From: Tubiluchus corallicola
Taxonomy: Eukaryota; Animalia; Priapulida
Length of the DNA stretch: 64,000 bases
NCBI GenBank assembly: GCA_030141605.1
Contig: JAQGDQ010000049.1
Location: 1 to 64,000, forward strand
Reading direction: 5' to 3'
Shown here: positions 30,448 through 43,422 of the stretch, one piece after another
Numbering within the stretch: the stretch's first letter is position 1
Layout: every line of letters begins with the position of its first letter
Translations under genes and position numbers: made by a program
The notes under the pieces: model-generated
What the model was told of the DNA's origin: nothing
What the model saw: only the letters and a program-made list of their open reading frames with translations
Database searches by the model: none

Positions 30448-32945
30448 TTACGCTCGATATCTCAAAAAGTCCTTTAATCTGCTAGGTAGTGGTAGCCTGT
30501 CAATTTTATGCTCACTGTATTTGGTAAATTGAAGAATAACTTCTCTGCATGCACTTTGCAATGAAGCAACTGCAAAGAAAAAAAGTATTAATTTTAAAGA
30601 TATAGCTGTGGAAGAATTTTGCGATTAGTTACAATCATGTGCTTCAAACATTATTATGTTAAAATAATGTTTTTATTAGTTAACTTTTATCCATCCAGGG
30701 CTGAGTTAACTGCTTGAAAATTAATTCTCAGAAACACAACGATTCATGCTTAAGGAATAATTATGGCATCTAAAAAATCTACTTGTCTACCTACTTGAGG
30801 TAGTCACCAGGCAGTGTACTCATTTTATACCCAAACTTATCCTATTCCGTTCAAATCTGTATTTGTTGGCTAAATAAAAAAAAATCTTAAATCTTGAATC
30901 AATTGTGAAACCTGACTAGCAGTACCACAAGTCCTCCCATAATGACTCCCTGTTTAGGAATATTTTGTGTTATAACACTGAACAATTGACACCTTTTTCA
31001 CTTAGCAACACGTTTCATTTTACTGACGACCTTTTTACTTTGCTCAAAGCCATTTTTTTAGTTTATCAACAACATCTGACCTAATTAGAAGTATTTGCAT
31101 TATTCTGTTCCAAAAACGCACTACTGATGTTAAACAGTACAATTATTATTTGTGTTTTGCTGCCCACTAACTGCTAAATGCTAGCCATTTGTATCAAGCA
31201 TGATCTATCAGAGATTTATATATATGCCATTGTACACCTGAGGTTAGACTTTATGCAAGAAATTATGCCTGCAACCCATTTCTACAACAACCAGTACTAG
31301 ATGAGTATCTCAACGCCGTTCCAGTGCTCGGCATTTACTATACACTGTTTAAAGCTAATTGCGTACAGGGCTTTAATGTTAACAAAAGGGAAACTGCTGC
31401 CTAAGTATAGGTGAGAAAAATACGTGACTTCAAGCAAGCAGAAAGAAATTTAGCAGTAAAATTATGAATAAAACTCATAAAATGTTTAATATACGTAACT
31501 TAACAGCAATGATCTGTTCTTTTACATTACTTTCCATGGAAGTCTTGGCTTCGTTTTACGACATTTCACTTAATGTTGCATTTTGCTGGAGGGTATTAGG
31601 TTGTTAAGTGAGGACTTACTGTGTTCATTGTTTTCGCAAGCTGTTACATGATCGAAAGCAATATTGGCAGAAGGCTTTACAAGAAGCTGTTCATATGCTG
31701 AGCTATACATAAGTATGATACTGACCGAGTTATCATAATTTGTACCATCCAAATGCTCGAATTCCAAGTCAGTTTATGAAAGTAAATGTGAAAATAATTG
31801 TTTTACATGCACTACTTCTTTAAGGTAAACAAAATGCAGTGACAGCCACTATACAACTGCAAATCAGTGCAGCAGGGCAGCTTTCCTGGTTGGGTGGCCG
31901 AGTTGTCTAGATTTTTGACTACAAACACGAAGTGCTGAGTTCAAGACTAGCGGCTGCCCATACCAGGGCATATACTCTACAAGTTATTCATTGTTTGTGT
32001 GCTGTATCCTTGCCAGTATTGTTGTAAGGGTAAGTAGCTAAAGAGCTGTTAGTGCTCCCATTGTCTATTAAATGAGCAATGGTAAAAAAATGTTGTCATT
32101 GTCTTTGTTCTCTTAATGCTTAAAGCTTTTAGAGTTTAGACAACAAGACAAAAAACAAAACATTCACTAATTTTACCTCCATATAATTGGACAATTCGAA
32201 CGCGCTTCGTTGTTCCATAGACGTCAACAACAGCATACAGTGGTGCTTGTTTATAAGGTATGTCCTCCGCACAAGCACCTTGGTCTTCACCATTGATGAT
32301 GAAATGCATTTCACCAAGTTCACCATTGGGAATGTACATGACACCAATTCGACTACCAATATCAGTGGGCAGTACGTTATTTGAGTTATCATGTTGAGAG
32401 TCCGTGCTAGACGAAGAACCAAAACTAGAATCACTGTCCATGACATCCCACGTGTTATTATCGCTGGCAACACTGTGCTGAGATTGACACTTCGTTGCAG
32501 GTCTCAACATACTGCGACTGATCACGCCTCGACTAGTGTGAATATATGGCCCGGTGCCTAATGCACTTGGCTGGGACGGTTCGCCTATGTTCATAGCATC
32601 AGACATGTCACCTTGTTGCTGCTCATCCACAAGCACACGATTATGCGTCTTTGTTACTGCAAAAATCCACGACAATCGAGGTTGCATATTTGCCAGATCG
32701 GGCAGAGCAAACTGTGGCAATGGAAAATGTGTATTCGGGTCATGTTGAGTTAGACCTAGTCTCATATAACCGCTCCATCCCCGTTCGTTCAATTCAATTT
32801 CCAGAAGGAAAATCTCTCCCGGAAAAAGTGGCTTTTCACTAAAAGTGACGGCGTGAGCAAAGCTAGCTTTACGAAAAGCAACGGTGTTGTGATCCAGCAG
32901 TGTGATGTTCTCTCCGTGATATGGATGAAATCTTACAATAGACAT
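30448..32945 (-). CDS. NEURL2: Neuralized-like protein 2 (NHR domain and SOCS box), 2 coding exons
   Basis: Exon 32945-32177 ([14 protein letters not shown]...[13 protein letters not shown]...[20 protein letters not shown]) splices in phase 1 to exon 30569-30448 ([12 protein letters not shown]...[18 protein letters not shown]), a SOCS box absent from the ORF track. Confidence 0.93.
31885..32060 (+). mobile_element. Degenerate tRNA-derived SINE-like sequence in the NEURL2 intron
   Basis: A-box-like GGTGGCCGAGTTGTC and B-box-like GAGTTCAAGACT at tRNA spacing; no intact cloverleaf. Confidence 0.4.
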
Positions 32946-35151
32946 ATTCACCTGTATTTATGGATTATCACAAACATCAGTATTTCACTTTGCAGTGGCT
33001 GTAGGTGCAGGTATTTCAACATGCTGATCTGCAACAAGAGACTGATACTAGAAATAATAGTTGCACATCAAAATTAGTTAAATAAAAACTTTCGTGTATA
33101 CTATGATTATTTACAACTCTAGTGTGGCACTCAGAAGAGATAAAGCCAAATTCCTGTCATTAGTAGGTCAATCATACTTTGAACACGAAAAAACATTACA
33201 CTCACACCGTTACTTCTTAAAATTATTAAAAACTGCTACACTTAGCTGAGGATAATAAAACAATCCTATAAACTGAATCAGAATAACTCAGTAGAGTGCA
33301 GAAGAGGGGGAACATTCCGATTAAGACAATATAAAGTAGCGTAAGCACATTAAGATAATGTGTGTAGCATCCAGATTACTGCTTTCCATTGCATTTCCAA
33401 TCGTAAGTTGTGAAAGGTAATAAAAACACATCTGAGGCCTTCCATGTCACAAGGGTGATTGACCAACCTAGCTTTAATCAGCATTGAAAAAGAATTCCTG
33501 ACAGGTGATATAAAAAATGAAGTAGCTCAGGTGTTTTCTGACAGGAGATCACATTTGAGCAACCAAACTTAATAAATGGGGCATATTTACATTTAATTTG
33601 AATGAAGTGTTTATTTCATGTTTTATCTGTCTTCCTTTTTCACATTTCTCAGTACTAGGCCCTATAGGCCTCCTACTTGAGTCTTAGGGGTATACAATTA
33701 GGAGTTGGATGCAGGCGTCACCAAACTTCTACATGCCATTGAGTATAACTAATCAACACACTGTCAGACTGCAAAACAGCAATGGTTAAGATAAACAAAA
33801 TGTTACCACCAAAGTGATAATTCTTAAAATTTTTCTAAATCACTAATTTTTTTATGACTGAAAAAACTGATTATAATCGGTTGTTGAATTGATTTTCTAT
33901 ATCATTAATTATCAAAATGAAAGCAATGTCCCACTACGGCTGTGTATGTTAATTGTTGAGCCGGAATAATAAATTTACACATACCCAAAGTCTTGTTTGA
34001 GCTGAACTATGTTGAAAGTTTAGCCAAGATTGACTGATAATCTAGAAAGATATATTTTCTTGGACTTACACTCCAGTTAGGACTGAAACTGTAGCTTCAA
34101 TTATTACACTATGAGCTTGAAAATGAGCTGTGCACATAAATGACTTAACATAGACCTCGTTGATTTCTGGTAATTTAATTTATTTTTGCATGATGAACAT
34201 TCTACTGTTTGAATGAATTTCTTCAAAATGCTTTCATTCAATGCCAAAAGGACGACTAAGTATATGCAGTGTACCCAACTTCCCAGTCAATTAACCAGAG
34301 CAGTGAGTTGATAGGGGAATGATTGTTTTTCTATCTCATATAGCAATAAAACCCACAGGTTGTTTTTATCAGGACAATGATGTTGGCTTGGAGCCAAGGT
34401 TTTTTGCTCGCTAAATGAGTTGGAGGCATTCAGCATTGATTGGTACATTGATTAACAACCAGGGAGAATTTAAATTCATGTACTTTTGACCCAAACTTTT
34501 ATTTTAATACACTTAGGAAGTACAGTATGGTTATACATACAAGTTGAACAAATTAGAACTAGGTTGTTGCAACTAGTTATATGTTGAAACCTAATTTCAT
34601 TTTTTAAAATAGTCGTCTGATTGATTACTCTGCACTTTCGTTATATGAGTTACAATGAAATTAAAAACGAGATTATGTTGAAATATATGAAACAAAACTG
34701 CGCTATTATGTAATTTACTTATAAATTATACAAAAAAGTTGCGTGGTAACATGACATCCTGTAAAGCAGGCAATGGATGCAAACCCTTACAAAAGCATTA
34801 TTTTATCAATTTTAATGTGAATGATAGAAATTTTGCTAAAAATCAACAAAACGACATAAACATGTGCACACAGCACACAGACGTCATGCGCACTAAAGTA
34901 ATACTTCTTGGGCACTCGAACATTTTATACCAAATCAATTCAAAAGCGGTTTATTTTCTCAGCTGCTTCAGTGAGCAAAGATGAGCCATAAAATTGCTTG
35001 CAATGGATTGTGTCAAAGTTTGCCAGTTTTATTGGATTCATTTTTTTACAAGTGAGTGCAACTTAACTACTAAAGACAGCATGTCACTTGCATACACATT
35101 TGCAGTGTAATTATGGTTACAATACACGTACAAACGATTTGCAGTCTTCAT

Positions 35152-35538
35152 TAGGGGTGAACATCGAACGTTCGAATCGAATTCGATCCGAACGAGTCTT
35201 TTTAGATCGAATTCAATTCGAACCTAAAATCATAGATTCAACTAATTCAGCACTTTAACCACATATGTATTTTATCATTAAAATGCTTGAAACATCATGC
35301 TGTTAGCACAATTTAGCTATGATTTCTGCGCACAAGTTTTTAAACAAATTATCAGTGGATTTACTGCAGAGCAAAATCGAGCAATATGTATGATCTTTGT
35401 AAGTTCACTTTTTACTGGAGGTTTTTTGAAAATCTTCAACTCAACTCGAATTTGAAATACTGAAATTCTGTTCGAATTCGAAAGTCACAAATTTGATTCG
35501 ATTTGAATTTGCTTTGTAGTAGAGAACGCTCATCCCTA
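35152..35538. mobile_element. MITE with TAGGG(G/A)TGA termini and internal TTCGAA-rich subterminal repeats (hAT-like)
   Basis: TAGGGGTGA...TCATCCCTA inverted termini; a homologous copy lies at 24271-28099. No clear TSD. Confidence 0.78.
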
Positions 35539-37117
35539 GTTGGCAGATAGTTTAGTTTAATGGTAATTGAATAATATAACAACAAAAACAAAGAAGTAGA
35601 AATCATACGAATATACATGTTCAATAATTTTATTGAAAGTTGAATTTTAGGTAAGCAGTGAATCATAATATACACACCAGATAGCTCCATTATACATTTT
35701 GTATACAAATATCTTCATAGTTAATATAACAATAGGCAAACTTAATGTTTATAATCTAGACATATTATATATATCAACAGTATGCACGGGTTTATTAAAA
35801 TTTTGACAATTTATACGTGTTATCCATTTAGGCAATTATAACTTACAGGCTTAAGTTACAGCAAATGTCATTTAATTAACCTGTTTTAAAGCAGAGGTCC
35901 ATTAACAGAAAACTAAAGGATTACAAAAGGCTACCAATTTCTCGTTAACAATTTTTACTATAATGCAATAACACAATAACATGCCCAACAATATTAGTTC
36001 TTTGGTTTAAACAGCACCACAATCTCTACCACTATTGCACTTTGTGTTAGCGGAAAAGCTAATTTAATGTCGTAATAAATTATCACAGCTTCCAATAGTT
36101 ATAACAAAGAATTTAGGAACTACTATCACACAACGTCTTTGTCAATCGTCTAAAAACTTTCGACAGGCATGTCAGCTTGCTTTGATTGGATCATTGAAAA
36201 TAAATACAATTTATCATTGTAATGCTGTATCACAGAATGCAGTCATTATACAAAGCACTACTGTAGCAATATTGCCAAACAACCTATTTGTATCATATTT
36301 AAAAACATTATAAAAACATTAATAGATATAACAATACAGTATACTTGATGCCAAATTAATTATACATAAACTCTTGTTAATTAGATCACTACTCGGTAAA
36401 AAACTGGTATAGAACCACCAATTGTAGACCAAAATGTATTGTTGATTACTAACATAAAACAGATGCCTTCTTAACAGGTTGTCCTTTAGTGATGGGTGAT
36501 TAATCAGTTAATTGTGATTAAAATCGACAAAGTACACAAGTCGACAAAATCGACTGTCGAACAGTAATTAAAAAGACTGTCTTGGTACAAAAATAAACAG
36601 AATCTTTAACACGTTATGTTGGATTTTTTTCTTATTTTGCTCGCTTATACAACACACACATTTGCGAACCACAGAGCTTATTCAACTTTACTGACACTGT
36701 GTAACAGCCACTGTGTCGTAGCTGCAACGATTTTGTCATTTCTGTGATAAGCTCAAGTTTTGTGAATTCATATCCACTGTGTGTTACCTTTATGATTTCA
36801 AGGTATGTTAAAATTGATTATTATAAGCACAGGTGCTATTAAATAAGTTTCCTTTTCAAAATAGTTGTTTTTTGTCGCATTTCTAGTAATTGTAGGCTGT
36901 ATGTTGTTGTAATCATTGAAACAAATGACTAGAACAGTAAGAAATTGTCGCAAAAGCTTAATCTTGATATGGAGTGATAAAAAATTATAAATGAACTGAA
37001 AAATCATCCATTGCTATGGTCTTTTACACCTGGAAACTTACCATTCCATTGATGTTTCTTACGATTTTGATGAGTGACTTAAGGCACTCTGAGATTTGAT
37101 GCAAGCTTTAGCCATGA

Positions 37118-40100
37118 TCATAGCAGGATATGAAATGTGCTAAAAATAAAAAAAAAACAGTTAGATCAAGGCCACATCAAGGATATAACACACAATACCG
37201 ACTGAGCAAGAATGAAAATATAGATGGATTCAGTTAACTAGGTTATATCTTAAAGGAAAACAGGATGATTTTTCATATCCTATTTCATTTTGAAGTATGG
37301 TAAAAAGTGTACATTTTAACACCTACAATAACGCCAAGCGTGTTTCTGACAATTAAGTAATAGACTAAAAACTTAATTAACAGCTGTTGAGGCCAGTTAG
37401 TGATGACGTCATAATTGAACATAATTTTCAACAGCATAAACATTCCAAGAGAGTATTTGTAGCACATGTTTGCAAAAGCGGAAATTGAAATACAGAGCTG
37501 ATGTACAACAGTCAGTGTGATACACAAATACTTCAGTAAATTTTGAAGCTTAGAAATTTTAATTTCAAAGTTTACAGCTGCGTTAACGCATGAGCTGTTA
37601 AACATGTGTGATTTTTGGGGTAATAATTCTTTAACGTAAGTTATTCTTAAAAAAAACAGTGTGTTCCCTTTCAATATATTTTCCGACAATATTATTATTG
37701 CCGAATTCTATTAACTATGCTACTCAGATTACAATAGAGGAGGACCAGTCATTTTATTTTTAATTATTCATAAAAATTATTGTTTGGTATTTGATTAAAG
37801 GCTGAGTTTGTCATTTTCACAGGTTGTTGTCTTACTACTGTATTGTCCGACATTGATTAGTGACTCAATCGTGTTTTCTTATGAACACTGTCTAACACGT
37901 ACTTTCACATATTCGAACAAATTTTCCGGTCCCGAGGTGTATGAGTTGTACATAGCTTACTATAAGTACATTCAAAAGTAATGGTCCTTACTTTACGAAA
38001 TCTGGAGCTTTAGAAATCACATGTTCAAATTCAGCAAATGACAAGATTCCATCTTCATCCAAGTCAGCCTCTTCTATTATCTTCAAAACAAAAGTAAAAA
38101 ACTAGACATTTCAACATTAGGTCAAAACTTCTTTCCAGACTGATTTGCTTAGTAAATTATATTCATAAGAATAAAAGCAATTGGCTATAACTTACATTGG
38201 TCACAAGACGGTCTAGATGGTCCTCCGGAAGTTGTTGTTCACCCGTAAGTCTCCTAATTGTTTCCTTTAGGTCGAATGCTGACAGCATGTCATCTTCGTC
38301 AAAATCTAAAACAATCAGTAACTTCTAGAATACTGACACTGAAAAGTGCCTCAAAAGCAACACTGAACTAGAAGTATTTTAACCTCTGAACAATTTTGCA
38401 CCTCTATTGGGCTTCGAACCCAAGACCTTCTGCTTTCTGGGCAGCTATGCTAACCTAGTAAGACTACAACTACACCACCTTTATATTATTTACACTGAGC
38501 TTGTATTTTTGCACTAAACTCAAAGGGCCATCTCGCTTCACCTAATAGTGACTGCAGGAAATCATTGTTTCACCAAGTAACCAAGTGTAGGTTTGAAACT
38601 GAGTTGCACTGATACCCATGAATGTAAAAAACATTTCTGTCACAAAAGTGAAAAAGATGGAGGAATCAGTGAAAATGACAAGTTTTGTTAAGTAATTTGA
38701 TTCACTATACTTTTGTAAACCAAGCATGTGTAGGAGTTGGCCTGACAAAGTTTATCGTCAAAAATTATATCGCGAGATGCAGAAAAATGTTCTACAACAA
38801 TATTAGAAGCAAGTAACCTACAAAGTCGAAACTTCACAGCATCACATTACGGTATATTTACTTCTGGTTGTGAATGAAACTTACAAGCTTATAGTTTTAG
38901 TGGTTTTTAAGTTATAGCTAAAAAACGTTTACATGTTAAGAAATTGAATGCCAGAACAACATCAGCTATAATGGTCAACTAAAAACCATGTAAAAACAAC
39001 ATAATACGCGACAGCAAAATAAAAAAAAATCAACATGTTCGGTCTTCATCACAGAAAATAAAGCACTAATGAAAAATTGGTTGCTCATAAAAAATGGGAC
39101 TTAATTCTGTGCGTTACGGTATCTGGAATTCGCTTAAAGATGAAGTGTACAATCGCTGCACAGAGCTGTTTGATGCAAAGGACTAAAGACAAAAACTGGT
39201 AAGCGCTGGGATCAAAGCCCCTGAAAGAAGTAAGAAATGGGTGCCAGCTGTTGGAAGAAATGCCTTTCAATCAGTTTGCAGTGAAAATAGTGGAAACATA
39301 GAGCACTAGCTGTAAATTAAAAAAGAAACACAATTAAGTAAAATCAGGCATTTAATTTTTTGACTTGTTGATTTGAAAAAACTTCTGTACCATTGGATAA
39401 ACACAAGGGAATGAACTTAAATTTCTAGCATTTATACAAAAAGTTTGCAACATCAATGTAGTAATTTTCAGGTGATTCCACTACATTCTTCTTACAATAT
39501 GTTGATCAAACATTTGACACATTTTTTGCGCATCCTGATATAAGGAAATATTCAAATTTGTGTGACAATAATAACAGATAGAGTACCATAAATTCTAAAA
39601 GCATATTCCACTTTGATAGATTTAGGTGCTGAATCACTAAACACCGACATCATGTCTAAGAAGTCTTCAAAGCTCATGTCCAAACTTTCAAACGATGAAA
39701 AAACACTTATTATTCGATCTTTAAATGGGTTTACCTAAAAACAAACACGGTTATGTTGACTATTGAATAACTCTGCAATGTTTACATAAACTAAAGCAAT
39801 GTTTACAAAGTTTGTTCACAGTTTTGATGAGAATGCTATATGTCAGACTGTGAAATTTCTATGACACTTCCTTGTACATTCACGATTGGCATACTGTATG
39901 CAAAGACAAACGTAACCCCACTTGAACAGCAACCACAAGGCACAACTTAATTTCCACACAATAAACACAACCATTTCACTGAAAAAATATACTAAATTTG
40001 AGCACAGTAAAGGACAGACGGATCTGTTTATTTTTAGTAAATTCAACAAAACTCAGAGCAAATGAGTGAGACAATAGTTTAGTTATAACCTATTGAGAGA

Positions 40101-41932
40101 TCCAAAGCAATAATACATGTTCTATAAATAAACAAAATTTAAATGAACACATTTGAGCTTTTCTCAACGTGAGAAATTAAATAATTAAATTGCTTTTATG
40201 GAAATTACAAAAAGAAGCAGCAATGGCTACCTGTCTTAAAAATGCTACACAATTTAAAATTCATTTGTCATATACAAACTAGAAATTAATTAACAAATTC
40301 TACTAAATATCATTTTTAAAGTAAAATTTCCTGAATTCACAGTACTCACCCAAATGATTGCGCAATGTCCAGAAAACACAAACTTATAAAAACTGCAACA
40401 ATTCTGCATTACAAAATGAATTTCAAAGTCTACCTTTAATTCCGGTAACTCTCTCATATCATCAATGGAAACTGTCTTATATCTGTCAATGTTTGGACCA
40501 AGCTCACAGAATCTATCGTAAGCTCTGAAAATATCCAAGAGTATACAGTTACTCAATGGATGATTTAGTGCTAGTTGTTACAGTCACTTCATTCTTAACA
40601 AAGCCAGTTGCATTCCTAAATTTAAATGAGTATCAAGATTTCAAGAGCAAAGTGCAATGCACAGTTGTACAAAGAACATAATTTATCAATCAATGTCACA
40701 AACTTCAAAAAGGCTTGGCTAAAGTTTACAATTCTCTACACACAAGAAATTAGTTCGTGAAGAGGATTAGAGTTAGAATTAGGGTTAGGATTAAACTCAC
40801 AGTTAAGGTTAGGGTTAGACTATTATATTTAAATTTTGCGAGTGTGTGTGGGGGGAATTGTAAACTCCTTCCAAAGGCTTTTATTTCATGTAATTATTTG
40901 GTACGAAGTACAGGACTGCTGTAACACATTGTTCTGTAGTGCACTGTGCAGTGTACATAATATAAGTTAGAAGCTTATTTAATAGTTGTAACAAACATAT
41001 TACAAAATGTATGTAAGTGATTGTTATATAATAAAACTGAAATGATTACCTATAGATTTGCTTCTTAGACAGGTAGGTTAGATACTAAAAAAGAAAGTAA
41101 ATGCATTTATAACGAATATAAGTCATAAGGAGAACAACAGAATTTCTTAAATAAGAGCACAGGTTACACTGCTTTTCCCGTAAACTGGTCTCCACTTGTC
41201 TTTCTTCAGACATGCCGTTACGCTCCGTCCATCTTTACCTGAAATATCTTGATACTCACGAATTGCTGCAAAGGCTGAAGTTATTGTCAGAAAGCTTCAC
41301 ACGTGCAGTGCAAAGACAAAAATGTGAATTCGCTGGTGCACTTAACGGCTATTATAAACATGTTGAAATGATGACTATCACTTCATTATAACAAAATGGA
41401 TTTGCCATTTTTTTGGCATTTTCTTTTTTGCATTTTCATATGTCAACACCAAACAGAAACCAGACTGCAGCTAACAGAAAATACAATTAGTCTTATAAAC
41501 TTAAACTAAACAAAAATAGTATTGGCTTGATACACACTTTGCTTGTTTTAACAATTTAAAAATTTTAGATAATTTTAATAACTCCAATAAGAAACTTTTT
41601 GGCATGTCTGGAATCTGATGCACTTCCGCATCTTGATCTATTAGCATAGAAGACGAACTATTTATAATTTATTAATTTAAATTATTTGGTTTTAAATAAT
41701 TTGAAAGTCGCAACATTACTTTTTTATTTCTACGTAGCTCTAGCAGTGATTTCAAATATTCGGGATGTACAATTACTGGCCCTCTCATTGATAAGCAACG
41801 GCTCGATTTAAGTGCATTTCGTAAGCAGAATTCCAATATGGATATAACCGTACAAACTGTATGCCAAGTAAATTTTTTTACCTCATAATCGGCTATTTCT
41901 TCTTCGGTGAAAACACTGTGCGAGGTTCCCAT
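37118..41932 (-). CDS. CIB1: Calcium- and integrin-binding (CIB) family EF-hand protein, 7 exons
   Basis: Exons: 41932-41882, 41084-41050, 40524-40434, 39734-39587, 38305-38196, 38080-37992, 37139-37118. The spliced protein reads [28 protein letters not shown]...[13 protein letters not shown]...[14 protein letters not shown]...[34 protein letters not shown], with an MGxxxS myristoylation motif. Paralog assignment is tentative. Confidence 0.93.
37250..37682. mobile_element. Non-autonomous DNA element (possibly Kolobok-like), copy 2, in the last CIB intron
   Basis: It begins TTAA-AGG and is homologous in reverse orientation to 14556-15011. Confidence 0.65.
38398..38480 (-). mobile_element. tRNA-derived SINE head or tRNA pseudogene
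   Basis: The minus strand has a T-arm/B-box TTGGGTTCGAAGCCCAA; the acceptor and D arms are degenerate. Confidence 0.4.
40717..40872. mobile_element. 156-bp MITE with an 8-bp TSD and internal telomere-like hexamers
   Basis: AAAGGCTT is duplicated at 40709-40716 and 40873-40880. Inverted ends AGTTTACAATTC / GAATTGTAAACT enclose TTAGGG/TTAGAG/TTAAGG units. Confidence 0.75.
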
Positions 41933-43422
41933 ACTGACGGTATTGGTAGACCAACGAAGGTATTTTCTGTCTTATTTACTTTTCTGCTACGTTTTAATAA
42001 TATACGCTGTAAAAGCTTACGGAAATTGATTACCCGGCAAAGTGTTAACCGGAATTTTAACAAAATTTCACAATACTGAAAATTAATTATTGGTAATTTC
42101 ACTGTGGTACTGTAACACATGCACAATTACAAGCACGCACTGCCGACTGCCGTATTTACGATTTATAAACTCTATTGTACAATGACTTTCATCGCATAAG
42201 GCGCACGAAAAGCGGACATCAGACCATAGATAAACACCATATTACAAACCATAAATTTTGAAAATCTACCTCAGTTAGAAGATTCACAAAATATCAAAGT
42301 AGCTGTTGAATACGTTCACGTAGCAATGGAAGCAAGAAAGAGAAGAGGTGTCTAGCTGTAGAAATTTAGCCAAAATACAATAGTTAAAGCTAACTACGTT
42401 ACTTGGTATCGCACGGTGACATTCATTTGTGCCTATCTAACTAGATAGAGTGGACACCACAGAAACAACGTAGGCATAGAGCCGCGATCAGGGTACTGAA
42501 TCGCCAAGAAAGTTAGGCAGGCGATTCAGCAATGTGTGGGACGGAGGGTGCATATTTAAAATTTAACGACTAATGTTGCAAGCATTGCAATGAGAATGTT
42601 TTTTAAAGATAATAATGTTCAATTATTTCTTGCTGCATCATTACAAGTTTAAGACTTAATAACAGCTGCTGTCCTAATGAAACAAACTTCATACTTAACT
42701 GGTTTTTAATAATTATTATACAGCAATTCGGCACACTGCAACCCAACATTAAAAATTTAGCATAAAATTGGCTAGTCGACTACTACTATGAAAGTTAAGT
42801 GGTTAAATTCAACTACCTGGAATTTCAACTCACTGTCATAAAACTGGACAACTAAAATTATCGTAGATAATTTCTAAAGCAGATACTGAACTGGCAAAAC
42901 TGGCTTAGCCACGTTAAGCATTTTCAATGTATATACATGTGATTACAATACACTGTATATCTTCCTCAACAAGAAAAATGAAATTATCAAGAAGCAGTTT
43001 TCCTGGCTTTAACCGATCAGTTAATTAATCAATAATCACTAACTGTGATAGTCAGGTAAATACCGTAAACTTAGAATATGAGAAGATGAGTGATTACCGC
43101 ATATACTTAACAAAAAAGTAAGGCAACACCAAAACCGACAGTAATGATGACTGAGTGATGATCAGGAAAAGTGCTTCATTTGCCATACTGTCCCAATTAC
43201 ATTGACAATTATTCTGGGCATGCCACTTTCCCTTAAATATAGTCACTATGTTATTATTGAGACAAATAAGCTTAAGATAAAGTATTTTGCATATAAAAAT
43301 TTACATCAAAATAAATGAATACTCTTCTTATTTTTCAAAACAATGAAAAAGTCAACATTAATCCATAAAAAATATTTGCACAACATAAACTTGTCTTTGA
43401 TCAATAAGAAAAAACACGTAAA

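Noticed and set aside
38398-38480. Functional tRNA gene
   Set aside because: Only the T-arm/B-box is intact; there is no full cloverleaf, so it is kept as a SINE-like remnant.
42500-42555. Resemblance to the 3' end of vertebrate telomerase RNA (GCGATTC...TGTGGGACG)
   Set aside because: There is no CTAACCCT-type template, no CR7 hairpin and no ACA box; it is treated as a chance similarity.
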